DNA from: a bacterium
GTDB taxonomy: Bacteria; Armatimonadota; Zipacnadia; Zipacnadales; UBA11051
NCBI GenBank assembly: GCA_021372615.1
Contig: JAJFUB010000093.1
Location: 7,912 to 71,911 of the forward strand
Reading direction: 5' to 3'
DNA: 64,000 nt
The translations under genes and the position numbers were made by a program. Positions 59,258 through 64,000 of this stretch are shown piece by piece. Positions within the stretch are counted from its first letter, which is position 1. The number at the start of each line of letters is the position of its first letter. The notes under the pieces were generated by a model. The model saw only the letters and a list, made by a program, of their open reading frames with translations, searched no databases and was not told the origin of the DNA.

Positions 59258-60016
59258 CTATTGTCGGTAGACGATGCTGCTGATCTTCCATCCGGCGTCC
59301 GTCTTGATCACGCGGTACGTGATGTTCATCTTGTAGCTCTCGCCGGACTCCAGGTCCGAGGCTCCCATGACGACCTGGAATACCACCACCTCGGCATCCT
59401 CGACCTGCGTGGAGACCACGTCCACCGACTTGATCTCGGTGTCGTGGGCGGTCTGGGTCGCATCGAACTCCCTGGCGGCCTGGCCGGTCAGGTAGGTGGC
59501 CATCTTGGGGCTGTTGCGGGCCCGCTCGGCGGCGATGTACTGGTCGAGCACGGCGCGGGCCCCGGCCTTGGCTTCGGCCTCGCGGGCGGCGGTGTCGTCC
59601 TCGCCGCTGGTGTCGGCTGAGGGGGTCTCGGTGGCAGTGGCGTCGGGGCTCTCAGTCTCGGTCTCGTCGGTCGCTTCGGGCGTCTGCTCCGTCTCGGTCG
59701 TGGTGGAGGTCCCGGTCTCCTCCGCGACCTGCGTATCCGACGCCAGCTCGTGCGCCTTGGCCATGTTCCTGTAGACGAGCACGCCGGTCACGAGGGAGGC
59801 AATGACCAGCACGACGATCAGCGCCACCAGGCACCCGATGAGCCAGCCTGGCACGCCACCGCGAGGGGACGGGGCGACAGGCGGGCCGGCAGCGGCCGGC
59901 GCGGGAGGAGGGCTTGCGGGTGTGTCGGGGGGAACGGGCGCGGCCATGGCCACGCCGCAGGCTTTGCAGAACCTGGCGTCATCGTCCTGAACGGCGCCAC
60001 AGCGCGGGCAGTTCAT
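59258..60016 (-). CDS. Zinc-ribbon membrane protein (CxxC..CxxC, Pro-rich, TM, T/E-rich linker, exported C-terminal domain)
   Basis: MNCPRCG...FCKACG, TM WLIGCLVALIVVLVIASLVTGVLVY and a C-terminal YRVIKTDAGWKI. Confidence 0.75.
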   Translation of the reverse strand: MNCPRCGAVQDDDARFCKACGVAMAAPVPPDTPASPPPAPAAAGPPVAPSPRGGVPGWLIGCLVALIVVLVIASLVTGVLVYRNMAKAHELASDTQVAEETGTSTTTETEQTPEATDETETESPDATATETPSADTSGEDDTAAREAEAKAGARAVLDQYIAAERARNSPKMATYLTGQAAREFDATQTAHDTEIKSVDVVSTQVEDAEVVVFQVVMGASDLESGESYKMNITYRVIKTDAGWKISSIVYRQ

Positions 60017-60205
60017 CTTCGGCCTCCATGGCTCGTGAAGCCGGGAGACACACCCCGTCCCGGCCGCTGGAGAAGACGCGAGATGCCACGTCCGGCGCGT
60101 ATGATCTGTCTTCGCCGCGGCAGAGCGGTTTCCTGCGCCCACCCGGAGGGACGCAGGCGGCCACGATGAATATCACCACTATCTGCACACACACGAGGTA
60201 CCGTT

Positions 60206-63200
60206 ATGTCACGATGGCTGCTTCCGCCGTGTCTTGTTCTGGCCGCGATCGCCGGGGTCGGCGCCGCGCCGCGCCTGCTGCTCCTGGACGGTGAGGGCGG
60301 GATGACCGCGCGGGCGCTCCAGGCGCTCAACGTGCCGTGCACCGTCGGCGCTCCCGGCGACTACGCCTCCGGGAAGCTCTCACCCTTCGACTTCCAGATC
60401 GTCGTCGCCGGGATGGATGTGGACCGGGCCTCGCTGGGGGCCAGCCCCGAGCGCCTGTTGGCGTTCGTGCGGACCGGAGGGGTCTTCCTGGGAATGCGCG
60501 CCAGCCAGGAGGACACGTGGCTCCCGACCCCGGTGAAGATGGACAAGGCGTACGAACTGGGTGAGATCATCAAGCCGGAGCACCCGCTCTTCAGCCAGCC
60601 GACGAAGTTCACGAAGCCGGAGCTGAACAAGGTGCACGGCGGCAGCATCTACCGCGCGTTCTACGACCTCGGCGAGGGCTGGGTACCGCTGGTTGGCACC
60701 GGCCGCGAGCAGAGCTGGGACAAGACGCCCGCGGCAAGTGCCGGCCCGCACTACGGGATCATCGAGCTGGCATACGGCCGGGGCCGCATCATCCTGTGCC
60801 AGATGATCCCTGACTATGGCTTCGTCAACGATGACAAGGGCCAGCCAGGCCTGTCCAGCCAGTTCGTGCAGAACCTGCTGACTTACACCACGTCGCTGGC
60901 GCCGAATTGGCCGGCGCCCAAGCCTCGCGTCGTGCCGGCCAGCTTCCACGCGAGCCTGGGTGACGTGCTGCGCGAGCCGACCGCCGCCGGGACGCTCCCG
61001 ATGGCGGACGGGGCCTGGCAGGTCACCAGCCAGGGCGCGTACGCCTGCAAGCCCGACCGGCGCGGCGTGGTGACCGTCTCGGCCGCCGACCGCCCGGCCG
61101 TTGCCGGCTCGTTCCTGCAACTGGAGCGCACCGTACAGATTGCGCCGGGCCGGGCCTTTCTGCGCTTCTACAACTCCGACGACTACTGCGGGGGGATGGA
61201 CCCGCACATGGTCGGTGACCGGCGCGAGTCGCAGCGCGAGAACCGCATCAAGGACACGCGCTTCAAGCAGGTGCTCGTGAACGGGAAGGTCGTTTGGGAG
61301 CAGGATGCGCTGGGGCTCAACGAGCGCCCGGCCAGCCAGCGCTTCCACCTGGTGGACATCACCGAAGCGGCCGGCAGCAAGGGGAGCTTCACGCTGGCCC
61401 TGCGCGTCGAGGACCGCAAGTCCACCGCCGAGGATGAGCCCTTCGCGACGGATGTGTACTGGGCGGGGGTGGATGTGCTGCCGGGCATCACGCAGGTGCC
61501 GGTGGCCGAGAAGCAGACGAGCGTGAAGACGGCCTTCAGTGGCGCGAAGGGCCGCTACGCCGTGCTCGTCCGGGCGCTGGACGAGCACACCGGCCGGGGG
61601 AAGCTGACCGTGGCCGCGGACGGCAAGGCCCTCGGCAGCGTGCAACTGACCGCCGATGACTACGGCTGGTACTGGATCAGCTTCGGCCAGGCGGATCTCA
61701 GGCCTGGCAGCACCGTCACCCTCAAGGCGACTCCCGACGCCGGCGAGTCCTGCACGATGCATTCCCTCGCCTTCGTGCCCGTGTCGTTACTGGGACCGCG
61801 GGCTTCCAGCCCGCGAACGCCGTTGCCGTCGTCCCCCCTCTTCAAGCCCGGCCCGGCCGTCACCCGCGCCACCTTCCCCCTCCTCGTCTCCGGCCCCGAG
61901 GCCTACAAGCCGCAGGGCGAGGTCGTCTCGGGCGGGATGCCCTTCGCCTATGGGGCGGTGAAGTCCGAGCAGAGCATCCGGCTCCTCAATGACCAGGGCA
62001 GGGAAGTGCCCCTGCAGACGCGCGTGCTCGCCAAGTGGCCCGACGGCTCGCTCAAGTGGGTGCTCTTCACCCTCCCCACCGCACCGGGCGAGGTGCGGTG
62101 CGAGTACGGGACGCAGGTGAAGCGGGAGCCCCAGGGCGCGTCCATGGCCGTCGAGAGCGGCGACACCATCACGATCAATACCGGAGTGTTGCAGGCGCGC
62201 CTCCGGAAGCGCGACGGGGCGTTCGTCCAGCAGATCAGCCTGGGCGGCAAGCAGTTCGGCGGCTGGCGGCTGGTGATGACGACCGAGGACGGGAAGCAGT
62301 ACGCCTCCGACCTCGCGCCGCCCACACGCTGCGAGGTCGTCGAGGCCGGGCCGCTGCGCACCATCGTGCGCCGGGTGGGCCGTCTGCAAAGCAAGGACGG
62401 CGCGACGCTGCTGGAGTATGACGTGCTGCTGCAGTTCGATGCCAACAGCGGCGCCATCCGCGTGCAGCCTGCCCTCACGCACAAAGAGAGCAGCGCCGAG
62501 GAGAAGATCAAGTCCGTCTGGTTCGAGATGCCTGTGGCCCGGGGCGACGGCCCCGCGTGGGTCCAGGTGGACGGCCAGTGGCTGCGGGCGCGCGAGGCTG
62601 TTGTCAGTCAGATTGACGACCAAGCCTCCAGTACGCACCTCGTGACACCCGACGGCAAGGAGGCCGATGGCCCCGGCAAGCGCCAGAACGGCTTCGTCCG
62701 CCTGGCCGGTGGGGGCGTCAGCGTGGACCTCATCCCCCGCTGGTTCTGGCAGATGGCGCCCAAGAGCATCGCGGTAGAGCCGAACGGACTCCGCTACACG
62801 CTGCTGAGCGGCGATCCGTTCGTCCTGCACCAGGGCGAGGGGATCTGGAACGACTTCGCCCTGCGCTTCTCTGACGACACCCGCGAGCCGAACACCGCCG
62901 ACTTCGACGCTCTTGCCAACCCGGCCGTCGCGCTCGCTGAGCCGCAGTACATTGCCTCGACGTTGGCCCTCGGGCAGTTCGCACCGGAGAACCCGACGGT
63001 CTTCCCCGACTACGAGGCTGCCGCCGAGAGGTCCTACCAGGGCTACCTCGCCAAGCGCGAGCAGCGCCGTGAATACGGCGTCCAGAACTTCGGCGACGAC
63101 ACCTTCGAGTGGGGCTATGGGCCGTCGTACACCTTCTGGTCCAACCAGGAGTATGACCACCACTACGGGATGCTGCTGCAGTTCCTGCGCAGCGGCGACT

Positions 63201-64000
63201 GGCGCTGGTGGGAGATCGGCGACGAGGGCGCGCGGCACCATGTGAACGAGGACTGCGTACACTGGGCGCCGGGGCGTGAGTATCTGCTCGGCGCGCCACA
63301 CCACCACAACGCTCGGCACATCGTGGAGAAGGGCTGGTTCCCCGATCACACCGTGTCCGGCTGCGATGTGAGCCATTCATGGGTCGAGGGACAGATCACC
63401 TACTACGTCCTGACCGGCGACATGCGGACCTTCGAGAACTGGAACGCCATGGGCGACTGGTATGTGTGGTGTGTGAACAACAACCGCTACGGCGCCGGCG
63501 GCCAGGAGCGCGGACCGGGGTGGACGCTGATCGCCCTGTCGGCGCTGTACAACACCACCCACGAACAGAAGTACCTCGACGCGGGCAGCAAGGTCATGGA
63601 CTGGCTGCGCGGCATCCAGGACTCCGTGCGCGGCGTCGTGTCCATCCCCGTCTCCGAGCAGCCCTCGTATGAGGGCGGCAGCTCCTTCATGCACGGCATC
63701 GTGGCGCGGGGGGCCGGGCGCTGGTACGAGGCGACCGGCGACGGGCGCGGCCGGCTCGCGGCCGTGGGCATCGCCGACTGGCTGACGGCCGAGTCCATGG
63801 GCCCGCCCGCGCGCTTCTACTACAAGCAGGCCCCGCGCATCAAGGGCAACTATGGCAGCGACTGGCAGTGCCTCACGGCCATGACCTACGGGATGAAGTA
63901 CGGCGACCCGGCGTGGTACGGGCCGCTGGCCGAGACGCTGTACGACTCCGGCCGGCCGGACACGCGCAGCATGGCCTGGGTGCCCCAATCACTGGCCCAC
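60206..64000 (+). CDS. Giant secreted protein (over 1264 aa, 3'-truncated), probably exo-rhamnogalacturonan lyase (PcRGLX/YetA)-like, with extra N-terminal domains
   Basis: Absent from the ORF track because it has no stop in the window. ATG 60206 follows GAGG (MSRWLLPPCLVLAAIAG). Spot checks stay in frame: GGMPFAYGAV...VPLQTRVLAKWPDGSLKWVL, EYGVQNFGD, WSNQEYD and LQFLRSGD. Confidence 0.7.
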   Translation, partial: MSRWLLPPCLVLAAIAGVGAAPRLLLLDGEGGMTARALQALNVPCTVGAPGDYASGKLSPFDFQIVVAGMDVDRASLGASPERLLAFVRTGGVFLGMRASQEDTWLPTPVKMDKAYELGEIIKPEHPLFSQPTKFTKPELNKVHGGSIYRAFYDLGEGWVPLVGTGREQSWDKTPAASAGPHYGIIELAYGRGRIILCQMIPDYGFVNDDKGQPGLSSQFVQNLLTYTTSLAPNWPAPKPRVVPASFHASLGDVLREPTAAGTLPMADGAWQVTSQGAYACKPDRRGVVTVSAADRPAVAGSFLQLERTVQIAPGRAFLRFYNSDDYCGGMDPHMVGDRRESQRENRIKDTRFKQVLVNGKVVWEQDALGLNERPASQRFHLVDITEAAGSKGSFTLALRVEDRKSTAEDEPFATDVYWAGVDVLPGITQVPVAEKQTSVKTAFSGAKGRYAVLVRALDEHTGRGKLTVAADGKALGSVQLTADDYGWYWISFGQADLRPGSTVTLKATPDAGESCTMHSLAFVPVSLLGPRASSPRTPLPSSPLFKPGPAVTRATFPLLVSGPEAYKPQGEVVSGGMPFAYGAVKSEQSIRLLNDQGREVPLQTRVLAKWPDGSLKWVLFTLPTAPGEVRCEYGTQVKREPQGASMAVESGDTITINTGVLQARLRKRDGAFVQQISLGGKQFGGWRLVMTTEDGKQYASDLAPPTRCEVVEAGPLRTIVRRVGRLQSKDGATLLEYDVLLQFDANSGAIRVQPALTHKESSAEEKIKSVWFEMPVARGDGPAWVQVDGQWLRAREAVVSQIDDQASSTHLVTPDGKEADGPGKRQNGFVRLAGGGVSVDLIPRWFWQMAPKSIAVEPNGLRYTLLSGDPFVLHQGEGIWNDFALRFSDDTREPNTADFDALANPAVALAEPQYIASTLALGQFAPENPTVFPDYEAAAERSYQGYLAKREQRREYGVQNFGDDTFEWGYGPSYTFWSNQEYDHHYGMLLQFLRSGDWRWWEIGDEGARHHVNEDCVHWAPGREYLLGAPHHHNARHIVEKGWFPDHTVSGCDVSHSWVEGQITYYVLTGDMRTFENWNAMGDWYVWCVNNNRYGAGGQERGPGWTLIALSALYNTTHEQKYLDAGSKVMDWLRGIQDSVRGVVSIPVSEQPSYEGGSSFMHGIVARGAGRWYEATGDGRGRLAAVGIADWLTAESMGPPARFYYKQAPRIKGNYGSDWQCLTAMTYGMKYGDPAWYGPLAETLYDSGRPDTRSMAWVPQSLAH

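Overview
GC-rich bacterial DNA, densely coding, with no rRNA, tRNA, CRISPR array or transposase that I can support. Two prepilin-type/DUF1559 genes with the [11 protein letters not shown](R/K)AREKAR signature, PEP-CTERM proteins and giant secreted CAZyme-like proteins suggest an Armatimonadota-like genome (inference). In order, the window holds: a partial M42 peptidase; a complete MoxR-DUF58-Bat(A-E)-type operon; an EamA-HAMP-degenerate nucleotide-cyclase fusion; a DUF1559 gene; a hybrid histidine kinase; a TPR protein; a DUF4139-like gene and rnhB; a phosphoesterase/deacetylase/orphan/oxidoreductase run; a GT87-like membrane protein next to two paralogous PEP-CTERM genes; a sensor with a degenerate ATPase domain plus a stand-alone receiver; two large convergent CAZyme-like genes; a double alpha/beta-hydrolase; a lysine 2,3-aminomutase with three Ddl-like ATP-grasp ligases and a GNAT; a DUF6785-like membrane protein; a heme-c cluster whose domain order mirrors hydrazine synthase (beta-gamma fusion, then alpha) with an FGE-fold partner and a second alpha-like paralog; an aldolase/DegT aminotransferase/reductase/DUF1559 run; and a partial giant lyase-like gene. 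Intergenic spaces contain several REP/MITE-like palindrome families, some read through in frame inside genes. The strongest leads are the hydrazine-synthase-like cluster (45558-55185), the KamA/ATP-grasp/GNAT locus (38244-43304) and the EamA-HAMP-pseudocyclase fusion (10006-12237). All family assignments come from recognising motifs by eye; no database search was run.
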